IMG/VR virus record: IMGVR_UViG_3300046674_000395
Coordinates: 1-64,000 of that record
Reading direction: 5' to 3' (one strand)
DNA: 64,000 nucleotides
Source: a virus
The notes under the pieces: model-generated
The model's database searches: none
Told to the model about the DNA's origin: nothing
The model's input: only the letters and a program-made list of their open reading frames with translations
Program-made: the position numbers and the translations under genes
In this document: piece by piece, positions 43,455 to 51,169 of the stretch
How the letters are laid out: each line of letters begins with the position of its first letter
Numbering within the stretch: position 1 is the stretch's first letter

Positions 43455-44722
43455 CGGTCCTTCTTCTCGGCGGTCTGCTTGGCGGCGATGGACGCCTGGC
43501 GGCGCGCGGCCGACGTGTATTTGACGTCGCCCTTGCTGCGGATTCCGCGGCGTGCGGGCGGGCTGTAGACGCGCTGCTTCTTCGCGGAGGGCACTTGCGA
43601 TGCACGCTGCGCGTTCGTGGTCTTGCTGAGGGTGTTGACGGGGGTGCCAGTGAGGGCGGATTCGACGCGCTTTTCGGCGGTGCGGCGCGAGCTGATGGAC
43701 TCGATGGAGTCCCCCGGGTCGCAGCCCTTGATGTTGCGGTAGGCACGGGGCCACACGGCCGGGTCGTCGGGCTCCTTGCCGAGCGCGGCACCGATCTGCA
43801 CGGCCTCGTCCCACACGTCCTTGAACACGGTCTGCCGGATCTCCCGCAGCTCCTGCCGGGCCTTCTCGGCAGCCTCGTCGGCAGCCTTCTTCTCGGCCCG
43901 CTTCCTCTCCTCCTCGGCAGCCTTCCGCGCGGCCTCGGCGCGCTCGTTCTTCCGCTGCACCTTCCGCTCCCGGCGGGTGAGGACGCCGTCGCGCTTGCGG
44001 ATGCGGCCGTGCTCGTGGAGGTCCCACACGCCAGGGCCGGCGATCGAGGCGAACGCGGTCGCGATGGCGGTGGCAGGGTCGAACGCGTTGAGCCCGTGCC
44101 ACAGGTTGATCGCAGCGGCGATGAAGGCGAGGAGCCAGGCGATCAGCCGGTAGTGCCATTGGGGTCGGTGCGCAGCGACGGCTGCGGCTGCTCCCTTGAG
44201 GACGACCCAGGCACCGCCTTCGAGCATGAGCGGCGCGGCCATCAGCCACAGCGCCTTCGGGTCGTAGAACGCGGCGACCTGGACGGGCAGGGCGACAATC
44301 GCGCAGACGATGTAGAAGCCGCGGGCGTAGCCGCGCCACCGGTCCTCCGCTTCGGCGACCTCGGCCTCTTGAGCCTGCGCGACAGCCTTCTGCTTCTCGG
44401 CCTCCCGGGCGCCCTCCTCGCGGGCACGGTCGGCTTCCTCGCGCTTGCGGTTCGACTCGGCGATGCGGGCATCGCGTGCGGCCTGCTCCTCGATGGCGCG
44501 GGCCTCGGCCTTGTCGTTGAGGAGCTTCTGCTTGCGGGCATCCTCGACGGCCTTGATCTTCTCGGCCTCAGCCTTGCCCTCGGCTTCGATCCGGGCGGCT
44601 TCGGCGTCAGCGGCGGCTCGGGTACGGATCGCCTCCGCCTCGGCCAGCGCGCGCGGGTCGAACCGCGGCTCGGGCGAGGTCTTCGGCGTGCCGTTGACCT
44701 TCTCGACGGACATGGCGGTCAC
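43451..44722 (-). CDS. DUF2637-like membrane protein with Ala/Glu/Lys/Arg-rich coiled regions (Spd-like)
   Basis: Central block of about 4 TM segments (FYIVCAIVALPVQVAAF, LWLMAAPLMLEGGAWVVL, LIAWLLAFIAAAINLW, AIATAFASIAGPGVW) flanked by charged helices. Immediately upstream of the translocase. Confidence 0.65.
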   Translation of the reverse strand: MTAMSVEKVNGTPKTSPEPRFDPRALAEAEAIRTRAAADAEAARIEAEGKAEAEKIKAVEDARKQKLLNDKAEARAIEEQAARDARIAESNRKREEADRAREEGAREAEKQKAVAQAQEAEVAEAEDRWRGYARGFYIVCAIVALPVQVAAFYDPKALWLMAAPLMLEGGAWVVLKGAAAAVAAHRPQWHYRLIAWLLAFIAAAINLWHGLNAFDPATAIATAFASIAGPGVWDLHEHGRIRKRDGVLTRRERKVQRKNERAEAARKAAEEERKRAEKKAADEAAEKARQELREIRQTVFKDVWDEAVQIGAALGKEPDDPAVWPRAYRNIKGCDPGDSIESISSRRTAEKRVESALTGTPVNTLSKTTNAQRASQVPSAKKQRVYSPPARRGIRSKGDVKYTSAARRQASIAAKQTAEKKDR

Positions 44723-44761
44723 GGTGATCGGTGTCCTTTCGGATCGTTGACGGCGGGACGA

Positions 44762-44944
44762 TCAGTGCTGGTGGCGCGAGAACGTGCTGTGCGGCGGGGT
44801 GTGCCGGATCGCGTCGCCTTCAGCGGCGTTCCGGTCGACGGACGGGCGGGACGCCCGCTTCCCGCAGGAGCAGGACCAGTCGAAGTGGGCGGCCAGAGCC
44901 GGGCGGTTGGACTTCCACGGGGCGATGTGAATGACGTGATCCAT
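44762..44944 (-). CDS. Small hypothetical protein
   Basis: High GC3 frame. Confidence 0.45.
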   Translation of the reverse strand: MDHVIHIAPWKSNRPALAAHFDWSCSCGKRASRPSVDRNAAEGDAIRHTPPHSTFSRHQH

Positions 44945-44957
44945 TGGGTCCTCGCAG

Positions 44958-45170
44958 TCAGGCGTCGACAGGGGTGGCGGCCGGGACGGGGGCGGGCCGG
45001 TTCCTGGCCCAGGCGATACCGGCGGTCAGCAACCAGACCGGCGTAGGGATCAGACCGAAGACCACGACCAGTCCCGCGACCAGCAGGGACACCGGCGCAG
45101 CCGCTGCCGGCCACAGGCCCACGACGATCAGATACAGACCCAACAGGACGATCAAGATGATGCGGAGCAT
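44958..45170 (-). CDS. Small two-TM membrane protein (Spd-like candidate)
   Basis: MLRIILIVLLGLYLIVVGLW...LLVAGLVVVFGLIPTPVWLLTAGIAW. Confidence 0.6.
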   Translation of the reverse strand: MLRIILIVLLGLYLIVVGLWPAAAAPVSLLVAGLVVVFGLIPTPVWLLTAGIAWARNRPAPVPAATPVDA

Positions 45171-45227
45171 GACGACCTCACAGGTCAGATGGGGTATCGA
45201 CGGGTGGTGCTGCGCTGGTTCTCCTCA

Positions 45228-45248
45228 CCGCCCGTGCGAGACGGGCGG
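45228..45248 (-). terminator. Short stem-loop after the 45262 stop
   Basis: CCGCCCGT-GCGAG-ACGGGCGG. Confidence 0.3.
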
Positions 45249-45261
45249 ATCGGGCAGCCGG

Positions 45262-45459
45262 TCAGCGCTTGGTGCCGCCGTGCCAGCGGGACACCTTGGC
45301 GGCGGCCTCGTTCGCGGCGGCGTTCAGCCGCACGTACTCGGGCGTCTCGTCGCGGATGCCAGCCTTCTTCTCCTTGCGCTGGTTCTCGTGCAGCGCGGCG
45401 TCGACCTTGCGCAGTTCCGCGATCGCGGCCTTCTCTTCGGCGGTCTTCTTCCAGCCCAT
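45262..45459 (-). CDS. Small Lys/Glu-rich hypothetical protein
   Basis: Coding frame with a GAAGAGGAG RBS. Confidence 0.5.
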   Translation of the reverse strand: MGWKKTAEEKAAIAELRKVDAALHENQRKEKKAGIRDETPEYVRLNAAANEAAAKVSRWHGGTKR

Positions 45460-45514
45460 GGCGGGCTCCTCTTCTGTGGTGGCGGATGGTGGGGAGTGGA
45501 GGGGTGGCGCCCGG

Positions 45515-45697
45515 TCAGCGGCGGAATGCGGCGCTGATCAGGGCGCTCATGTCGTCGGTGCGGTCGGCGACCTTGCCGGACTCCAGCTGGGCGGCACGGC
45601 TGTCGTAGCGGTCGGCGGCGGCGTCCTTGCCACGGCCGCGGGCCGTCTGGGCGGCGGCACGGTTGGCGGCGGCAGCCTTCTTGATGCGGTCGGTCAT
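45515..45697 (-). CDS. Small hypothetical protein (60 aa)
   Basis: ATG at 45697. The upstream part of the track ORF is Pro/Arg junk. Confidence 0.45.
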   Translation of the reverse strand: MTDRIKKAAAANRAAAQTARGRGKDAAADRYDSRAAQLESGKVADRTDDMSALISAAFRR

Positions 45698-45788
45698 GTG
45701 GTGCCTCTCGGGTCGGGATCGGGTGTGGTGCGCGCCCCGGGCCGGATTCGCTCCGGCGCCCTCACGGCTGGATGCCGGGGCTGTGGGG

Positions 45789-46082
45789 TCAGGCGGCTTC
45801 GGTCCAGGCGATGAGCGCGTGCAGCTGGTCGACGATCCGCGCCCCGAACGGCTGCGCGGCGTCGATCTCTTCGGCCCGGTCGAAGATCGCGACCAGGGCT
45901 GCGGTGTCGCCGGCCTTGTCGGCGGCGATCGCACGGATCAGCAACTCGGCGCCCTCATCACCGCGGACCGCCTCGTAGGAGTCGTCCACCTGGGCTGCGC
46001 GGATACCGGCAGAGATCTCGCGGACAGTCGCGGAGACGGTGCGGAGGTCAGCATCGAAAACGAACATGGAGGTGCCCTTCAC
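45789..46082 (-). CDS. Hypothetical acidic protein (alternative start at 46067)
   Basis: Coding frame. Confidence 0.5.
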   Translation of the reverse strand: MKGTSMFVFDADLRTVSATVREISAGIRAAQVDDSYEAVRGDEGAELLIRAIAADKAGDTAALVAIFDRAEEIDAAQPFGARIVDQLHALIAWTEAA

Positions 46083-46114
46083 ATGGGTCAGCGGGAATGG
46101 GGTGAGGTGGAAGA

Positions 46115-46154
46115 CCGCGGCGCGGGACGGGGGGAATGTCGGACCGCGCCGCGG
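46115..46154 (-). terminator. Stem-loop between the micro-ORF chain and the next gene
   Basis: 11-bp stem CCGCGGCGCGG / CCGCGCCGCGG with an 18-nt loop. Confidence 0.35.
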
Positions 46155-46167
46155 CCGAACAGGGGGC

Positions 46168-46245
46168 CTACTTCGGCCGGGACTCGCTTGCCTTGTTCTT
46201 CTCGCGCAGCTTGCGCAGCATCTCCGCGTACTCGGCGTCGGTCAT
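46168..46245 (-). CDS. Micro-ORF (25 aa, MTDAEYAEMLRKLREKNKASESRPK)
   Basis: ATGA overlap with the upstream ORF. Found by hand. Confidence 0.3.
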   Translation of the reverse strand: MTDAEYAEMLRKLREKNKASESRPK

Positions 46246-46412
46246 GACCGCTCGTCGACGATCGCCAGAAGCGACCGCAGTGAGGCCCGGAGGCGACCGA
46301 CCATCATCTCGGCGCCACCCACCGTGCCGAGGTCGTCGACATCAGATTCGGCGAGAGCCTCCCGGGCCACGGCGACCCAGGCCTGCTCGCGCGGCGTCAG
46401 CTTGCCGGCCAT
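46242..46412 (-). CDS. Small ORF (56 aa)
   Basis: ATGA overlaps at both ends. Found by hand. Confidence 0.4.
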   Translation of the reverse strand: MAGKLTPREQAWVAVAREALAESDVDDLGTVGGAEMMVGRLRASLRSLLAIVDERS

Positions 46413-46651
46413 CACGCGGCCTCGATCAGGTGCAGCAGACCGGCGGCAGCCAGGGTGGCGCGGGAGCCGGCGATCAGCTCCTCGGCGACGACGAAGCCCT
46501 CCGCGTCCAGATCCGACAGCTGACCGGCTTCGGCGAGCTCGGCCAGGTTGGATCGGTGCAGGGCAGCCGTCTCGTACACGGTCACGGCACGGACGATGGC
46601 CGGGGCGAGCAGGACGGCCGGGTGGGTCGGGGTTGCGGTGCTCATGGTCAC
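46412..46651 (-). CDS. Hypothetical protein
   Basis: Coupled to the HTH gene upstream. Confidence 0.5.
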   Translation of the reverse strand: MTMSTATPTHPAVLLAPAIVRAVTVYETAALHRSNLAELAEAGQLSDLDAEGFVVAEELIAGSRATLAAAGLLHLIEAA

Positions 46652-46902
46652 GCCACCTCCGAGGTGGGCTGAGAGTCGGTGCGGGAGTTGCGCAGGTACT
46701 CGACGACGGCCGACTGCGGGACCTTCAGACCGGTGCGACGCTTCTGGCCACTACCGAGCTGAATGGAGGGCAGGTCACCGCTGGCGATCAAGCGGTAGAC
46801 GGTCGCGGGGTGGACATCCAGGTACTCGGCGACCTCTGCCGGCTTGAGCGCCCCCTGCAACAGGGCGAGCTCTCTTGCGAGTTCGTCGTTGGGCGTGGGC
46901 AC
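46648..46902 (-). CDS. Excisionase-family helix-turn-helix DNA-binding protein
   Basis: LKPAEVAEYLDVHPATVYRLIASGDLPSIQLG is a typical excisionase/MerR-type HTH_17 pattern. Confidence 0.7.
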   Translation of the reverse strand: MPTPNDELARELALLQGALKPAEVAEYLDVHPATVYRLIASGDLPSIQLGSGQKRRTGLKVPQSAVVEYLRNSRTDSQPTSEVA

Positions 46903-46946
46903 AGAGGCCTCCGGTCATTGGGGCAGGTCAGGGCTAGGTTGCCGCC

Positions 46947-46962
46947 ACTTGGATATCCATGT
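46947..46962. promoter_or_regulatory. Operator-like palindrome ACTTGGATATCCAtGT upstream of the HTH/transfer operon
   Basis: 15 of 16 matches to the perfect palindrome ACTTGGATATCCAAGT. Confidence 0.5.
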
Positions 46963-47028
46963 TGCGACTAGAGAAACCGTAGCCGCTACAGCATGGGTAT
47001 GCAAGTAGCGCGACAAGTCCGAGCGCAG

Positions 47029-47061
47029 CAAAAAGCCCCCAACCGCAGAGCAGTTGGGGGC
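47029..47061 (-). terminator. Intrinsic terminator of the GntR gene
   Basis: Minus strand: GCCCCCAAC-N9-GTTGGGGGC followed by TTTTTG, 20 nt after the stop. Confidence 0.7.
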
Positions 47062-47080
47062 TCACCTGGAGGGACGCCTC

Positions 47081-47872
47081 CTACACGTCAATCACGTACC
47101 GGAAGGCGTGCCGGTCACACGGGACGATCGAGTCTTGAACCTCCAGCACGTCACCGGCCGAGTCGTAGGCGGTGCGGATCACGCGCGCCACCGGAACGCC
47201 TTCCGGGATGTCGAGTTGCTCGACCTCATGGGGATACGGCATCCGGACATCGAGGTCTTCGATGAACTGGGTGATGCGCCGGCCAATGGGTCCGTCGGGG
47301 TCTTCAATGATGGCGTTGGCCCCACCCTTGATCAGGCGAGGTTCGGCAAGACGGGTTCCTGCCGCGATACTGGCGTCGTAGTAGGCGTCGCACAGCAGCA
47401 TCGGCGTGTCCGCCTCCCCGTCGGCACTCTTCATGACGAACCGAAGGCGTCGGACGATCATCGGCGCTCCAGGCGCGACGCGGAATCGCTCGGCGATCGC
47501 CTCCGGAGCCGGGGTCTCGACGACCTCGCGGATCTCTTGCTGCGCCTTCTGCCCCTGTGCGCGAGCTTCTGCGTTGTAGTTCGACTCCCCGGTCGCCCGG
47601 CGGGCGCGGTAGATGCTGCCCGTCTGGCGCAGGCTGACGTTGGGGCGCTCGCGAACGGTGGAGTGCTTGCCCTGACTGCTGGTGATCAACCCCTCCGCCC
47701 GCAGCACGGCAACACCCTTGCGCACGGTGGCCCGGCTGGCGCCGAAGCGCTGTTCGAGCTGCTCCTGCGAAGGGATCTTGTCTCCGGGGGCCAGATCGCC
47801 CCGGATGATCTCGGCGCGGAGCTCGTCGGCGATCTGCTTGAAGGGCGGCACCTTGGATGGGTTGGTTGACAT
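47081..47872 (-). CDS. GntR-family (HutC/UTRA subfamily) transcriptional regulator, KorSA-like
   Basis: N-terminal wHTH FKQIADELRAEIIRGDLAPGDKIPSQEQLEQRFGASRATVRKGVAVLRAEGLI with a C-terminal UTRA-like domain. ATG at 47872. Confidence 0.8.
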   Translation of the reverse strand: MSTNPSKVPPFKQIADELRAEIIRGDLAPGDKIPSQEQLEQRFGASRATVRKGVAVLRAEGLITSSQGKHSTVRERPNVSLRQTGSIYRARRATGESNYNAEARAQGQKAQQEIREVVETPAPEAIAERFRVAPGAPMIVRRLRFVMKSADGEADTPMLLCDAYYDASIAAGTRLAEPRLIKGGANAIIEDPDGPIGRRITQFIEDLDVRMPYPHEVEQLDIPEGVPVARVIRTAYDSAGDVLEVQDSIVPCDRHAFRYVIDV

Positions 47873-47885
47873 CGCACTCCTGACT

Positions 47886-47924
47886 ACTTGGATACCCATT
47901 GGAAGCGTAGCGGGATATCCAAGT
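47886..47924. promoter_or_regulatory. Two operator-like sites directly upstream of the GntR start
   Basis: ACTTGGATAcCCAttg (47886-47901) and agcGGGATATCCAAGT (47909-47924). Confidence 0.5.
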
Positions 47925-47931
47925 TGTGCGT

Positions 47932-48351
47932 CTAGCTTGTGCGCGCCACCCACCCTGACCAGCGAGTTACTTGGATCTCGATGACCGGCCCGGCCGGTCG
48001 CCGGTCGCGATATTGGGCGTACTTGGATAGGAGAGCCTCTACAAGTTCGCCGGCATCCTCGTTCTCCAGCACGCGCGCCCGCCCGTCAGCACGCACCCAC
48101 CAAAGCTGCTCCCAGTCCTCGTCGAAATGATCGACAAGGAGCGTGACAGCTGGGTTCTCTCGAATGTTCCGAAGCCGCTTCAGGTTGCTGTGCCGCTTCG
48201 GCTTGTGATCCACCGCGATCGCAACGCGCTCCCCCACAACCGCGAACGTGGCGGGGACCAAGTGCGGGTGACCTGCGGCATCGGCAGTCGAGAGGCGCAG
48301 AACTCTAGCTCCCTCGAAGCGTTGACGCTGCTCGCCTGCCGACATCTCCAT
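47932..48351 (-). CDS. PPOX-class (pyridoxamine 5'-phosphate oxidase-like), probably F420-dependent, oxidoreductase
   Basis: The pattern ARVLRLSTADAAGHPHLVPATFAV...VDHKPK...NPAVTLLVDHFDEDW..LWWVRADG is typical of the split-barrel PPOX family. Confidence 0.65.
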   Translation of the reverse strand: MEMSAGEQRQRFEGARVLRLSTADAAGHPHLVPATFAVVGERVAIAVDHKPKRHSNLKRLRNIRENPAVTLLVDHFDEDWEQLWWVRADGRARVLENEDAGELVEALLSKYAQYRDRRPAGPVIEIQVTRWSGWVARTS

Positions 48352-48428
48352 GGTCCGACGCTACCCACACCCGGATTCGTCGCACCACTTGCACGCTCCG
48401 CGCCATTGGCGCTACTTTCAGTGGGCCA

Positions 48429-48444
48429 TCTTGGATACCCAAGT
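48429..48444. promoter_or_regulatory. Operator-like palindrome tCTTGGATAcCCAAGT in the divergent region
   Basis: 14 of 16 matches to the consensus. Lies between the PPOX start (48351) and the plus-strand gene at 48562. Confidence 0.5.
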
Positions 48445-48561
48445 CAACCTGACTCCGGGAACGGCAACGGCCGAGGTGCGTCAACACCCCGGCCGTCGAA
48501 GCAACCAGCGGTTCCCGCCGCTGATCAGCAACTCAATCCTTGCGAGATTGGAGCTCTGTCC

Positions 48562-48837
48562 ATGAGCGTAGCGCTTTCCCTCTCCCCCGCGCACCTGCTC
48601 GACACGCCGCTGCCCGACCTTCTCGCCGAGACGGGCGTGCAGCTCTTCGAAAGCTCCATCCCCGACGCCAAGTTCTTCGGTGCTGTCGTCCAACGCAAGA
48701 GCGGAGAGGTCATCCTCTCCATGCCCACCGGGCGCAGTGAACTGGAGCACGACACCGTCGCCCGCTATCTGATCGCCCAGGCCTTCGACGTCGACCTCCC
48801 GCAGCTGCCGGAGCCGTTCGAGACGACCGAGCTCTGA
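48562..48837 (+). CDS. Hypothetical protein (91 aa)
   Basis: ATG at 48562 with a GGAG RBS. The upstream part of the track ORF is non-coding. Confidence 0.5.
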   Translation: MSVALSLSPAHLLDTPLPDLLAETGVQLFESSIPDAKFFGAVVQRKSGEVILSMPTGRSELEHDTVARYLIAQAFDVDLPQLPEPFETTEL

Positions 48838-48865
48838 AAGACTGACTCGGCCCGCTACGAGAGGA

Positions 48866-49270
48866 ATGGTCATGCGTCCAGAGCGTTTCCAGGACTTCGC
48901 TATCGACGTGCTCAAGAACACCGCAGGGGCCGTCCAGGTACGGAGCCTCAAGGACGCCGGAGACGGCAAGTACCCATTCGGTGTCGCGGTCAGCACCGGC
49001 GATGGCGAGGCACGCTGGCAGATCATGGGCCAGCTCGCTGACGGGGAGCGCCACGACCACCAGGAGCGGCCCGTCGAGGGTGCGCCGGCGGCCTGGGTGG
49101 ACGCGGAGCCGGCTGGCAATCCGGAGGGCTGGCTTGCCGCAGCAATCGGTAAGGCCGAGTCTCCAGAGATTGCACGCATCGACCGCTGGTCGGTCCGTAA
49201 CGGCGATGATCGACAGGGAATGACTGTCTTCTTCCATAACGGCGCTCGGGCGTTCGTGCGGAAGATCTGA
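48866..49270 (+). CDS. Hypothetical protein (134 aa)
   Basis: Protein-like sequence with a good frame. Confidence 0.55.
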   Translation: MVMRPERFQDFAIDVLKNTAGAVQVRSLKDAGDGKYPFGVAVSTGDGEARWQIMGQLADGERHDHQERPVEGAPAAWVDAEPAGNPEGWLAAAIGKAESPEIARIDRWSVRNGDDRQGMTVFFHNGARAFVRKI

Positions 49271-49328
49271 CTTCCCTGCGCTAGGACGCCGCTAAGTAGC
49301 GCCGTCAGTCCCTGCCCGTATCGTCCAC

Positions 49329-50867
49329 GGCACCCCCTGACGCAGCGCCAGGGGGTGCCGAATGAGGAGATTTAAGGTGAAGAGGTTCCAGCCGCAGCCC
49401 GGTTTCGTGGTGCAGGCGTACCGCTTCGCCATGGACCCCAACGCCACCCAAGAGCAGGCACTGCGCTCGCACTGTGGTGCGGCCCGCGCTGCCTACAACT
49501 GGGCTGTCGGCTGGGTGACCGCCTCCTGGTGGCAGCGGAAGGCCGAGGAGTCTTACGGCATCCCCGAGGCTGAACTGACGCCTTGGCGGCCGTGGTCGCT
49601 GCCGTCTCTAAGAAAGGCGTTCAACGAGGCCAAGCACGCCGACCCGCGATTCGCAGACTGGTGGGCGGAAAACTCCAAGGAGGCGTACAGCACCGGTCTT
49701 ACAAACGCTGCCGCCGCCTTCGACAACTACAGCAAGTCGAAGCGTGGAAAGCGGCAGGGCCGAAAGGTAGGTTCGCCGCGTTTCAAGTCGAAGCGGAAAG
49801 CACGCCTGTCCTGCCGGTTCACCACCGGCACCATCCGCGTCGATGTGGATGGCCGCCACGTCACGCTTCCCCGGCTTGGCACGGTCCGTGTGCACGAGCG
49901 CGCGGACAACCTCCGTGACCGGCTGGCGGCCGGTACTGCGCGGATCCTGTCCGCGACCGTGCGGCACGAGCGCGGACGCTGGTTCGTCTCGTTCCAGGCC
50001 GAGGTCAAGCGGGACCTCGAACGCGTGGCGCGGCCGGACGTGGCGGTCGGTATCGACCTGGGGGTGAAGACCCTCGCGGTCATGGCCGACAGCACCGGCG
50101 AGATCCGCACCATCGCGAATCCCGGGCACTACGACCGCGCACGCAAGCAGCTGCGCCGCGCCTCCCGCGTCGTCTCCCGCCGCCAGGGCCCCGACCGCAG
50201 GACCGGGCAGAAGCCGTCGAAACGGTGGGAGAAGGCCAACGCCGCCCGCAACAAGGTGCATCACCGGGTGGCGAACCTCCGCGGGGACGCCCTGCACAAG
50301 CTCACCACAAGCGTGGCAGCCGAGTACGGCACAGTCGTGGTCGAAGACCTCAACGTCGCCGGGATGCTCCGCAACCGGCGTCTCGCGCGCAGGATCGCCG
50401 ACGCCGGGTTCGGGGAGATCCGCCGCCAGCTCGACTACAAGATGCGCCAGCGCCACGCCACCCGCACCGTCGCGGCGGACCGCTGGTACCCCTCCTCGAA
50501 AACCTGTTCCGGGTGCGGCGCAGTGAAAGCCAAGCTGCTGCTGCACATCCGGACCTACCAATGCGACGCCTGCAACCTGGTCATCGACCGGGACGACAAC
50601 GCCGCACTCAACCTCGCCGCACTCGCGGCAGTCGCAGTAACTGGTACCGGAGTGGCCGGAGACCAGGACACCGCCCCGGCGGTGTCGAAGCCTCGTGGAG
50701 CCGACCAGAAGTCCCGCACCACCCGCCCCCGCCGCAAGGCTGGGACGGGGCGGGCAGGTGGCGCAACCCTGCCGCACCAGCGGCAGGCGGAAACGAGAGA
50801 CCGCACTCAAGCCGAAGCACTCACGCTTTGGTGATGTGACGGACCTTCCGGGCCGAAATGCCCGGAA
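49329..50867 (+). mobile_element. Solo-TnpB IS200/IS605-family (IS1341-like) element; ends approximate
   Basis: tnpB is flanked by an 11-bp-stem hairpin at 49329-49359 and an 8-bp-stem hairpin at 50846-50867. No tnpA is present. Confidence 0.5.
49362..50834 (+). CDS. tnpB: TnpB (RuvC-like RNA-guided endonuclease, OrfB_IS605 plus zinc ribbon); probable true start GTG at 49377
   Basis: YRFAMDPNATQEQALRSHCGAARAAYNWAV N-terminus. Motifs DLGVKTLAV, VVVEDLNV, SSKTCSGCG...YQCDACNLVIDRDDNAALNL. AGGAGA sits 7 nt before the GTG. Confidence 0.85.
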   Translation: MRRFKVKRFQPQPGFVVQAYRFAMDPNATQEQALRSHCGAARAAYNWAVGWVTASWWQRKAEESYGIPEAELTPWRPWSLPSLRKAFNEAKHADPRFADWWAENSKEAYSTGLTNAAAAFDNYSKSKRGKRQGRKVGSPRFKSKRKARLSCRFTTGTIRVDVDGRHVTLPRLGTVRVHERADNLRDRLAAGTARILSATVRHERGRWFVSFQAEVKRDLERVARPDVAVGIDLGVKTLAVMADSTGEIRTIANPGHYDRARKQLRRASRVVSRRQGPDRRTGQKPSKRWEKANAARNKVHHRVANLRGDALHKLTTSVAAEYGTVVVEDLNVAGMLRNRRLARRIADAGFGEIRRQLDYKMRQRHATRTVAADRWYPSSKTCSGCGAVKAKLLLHIRTYQCDACNLVIDRDDNAALNLAALAAVAVTGTGVAGDQDTAPAVSKPRGADQKSRTTRPRRKAGTGRAGGATLPHQRQAETRDRTQAEALTLW

Positions 50868-50902
50868 ACTGGGGCCCGAGGCCCTTAGTAACGGAGCTGC
50901 TC

Positions 50903-51052
50903 ATGCGTGATCACGTCGATCCTGCCGAATGCTCGGCTTCATGCCCGGTGTGCGGGGCTTACGGCAGTGCCGAGCCTGGCCAGCCGACCGCGCCGCATCA
51001 GCCGCAGGGCAGTCGGGAGATGTGCCCTGGTAGTGGCCAGCCTGCCCAGTAG
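50903..51052 (+). CDS. Possible 49-aa Cys-containing ORF
   Basis: A GGAG RBS is present, but GC3 is lower than in the neighbours. It may instead be non-coding IS-flank or omega-RNA-proximal sequence. Confidence 0.2.
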   Translation: MRDHVDPAECSASCPVCGAYGSAEPGQPTAPHQPQGSREMCPGSGQPAQ

Positions 51053-51114
51053 GCGGGCGGTGCTCGGCCGGCTGCCGGGGATGTACGAGCTGACCGAGGC
51101 CTGAGCGCAAGGCG

Positions 51115-51146
51115 ACGCCCCCGTCGGAGTGATCTGGCGGGGGCGT
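51115..51146. terminator. Bidirectional stem-loop
   Basis: 9-bp stem ACGCCCCCG / CGGGGGCGT with a 14-nt loop, 24 nt beyond the stop of the minus-strand gene at 51170. Confidence 0.45.
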
Positions 51147-51169
51147 TGTCGTGTCCGATCGCCAACCTG

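Noticed and set aside
41391-44339. 982-aa ORF suggesting a giant FtsK-like protein
   Set aside because: The N-terminal roughly 295 residues are Arg/Pro/Ala-rich and lie out of frame over the well-formed DUF2637-like gene (43451-44722). A start ATGATG at 43454 overlaps that gene's stop and precedes the first protein-like residues. The gene was trimmed to 41391-43454.
46648-46902. Calling this gene a functional excisionase and inferring an adjacent integrase/attP
   Set aside because: Only the HTH fold type is recognisable and no recombinase gene is nearby. It is kept as a DNA-binding protein of unknown role.
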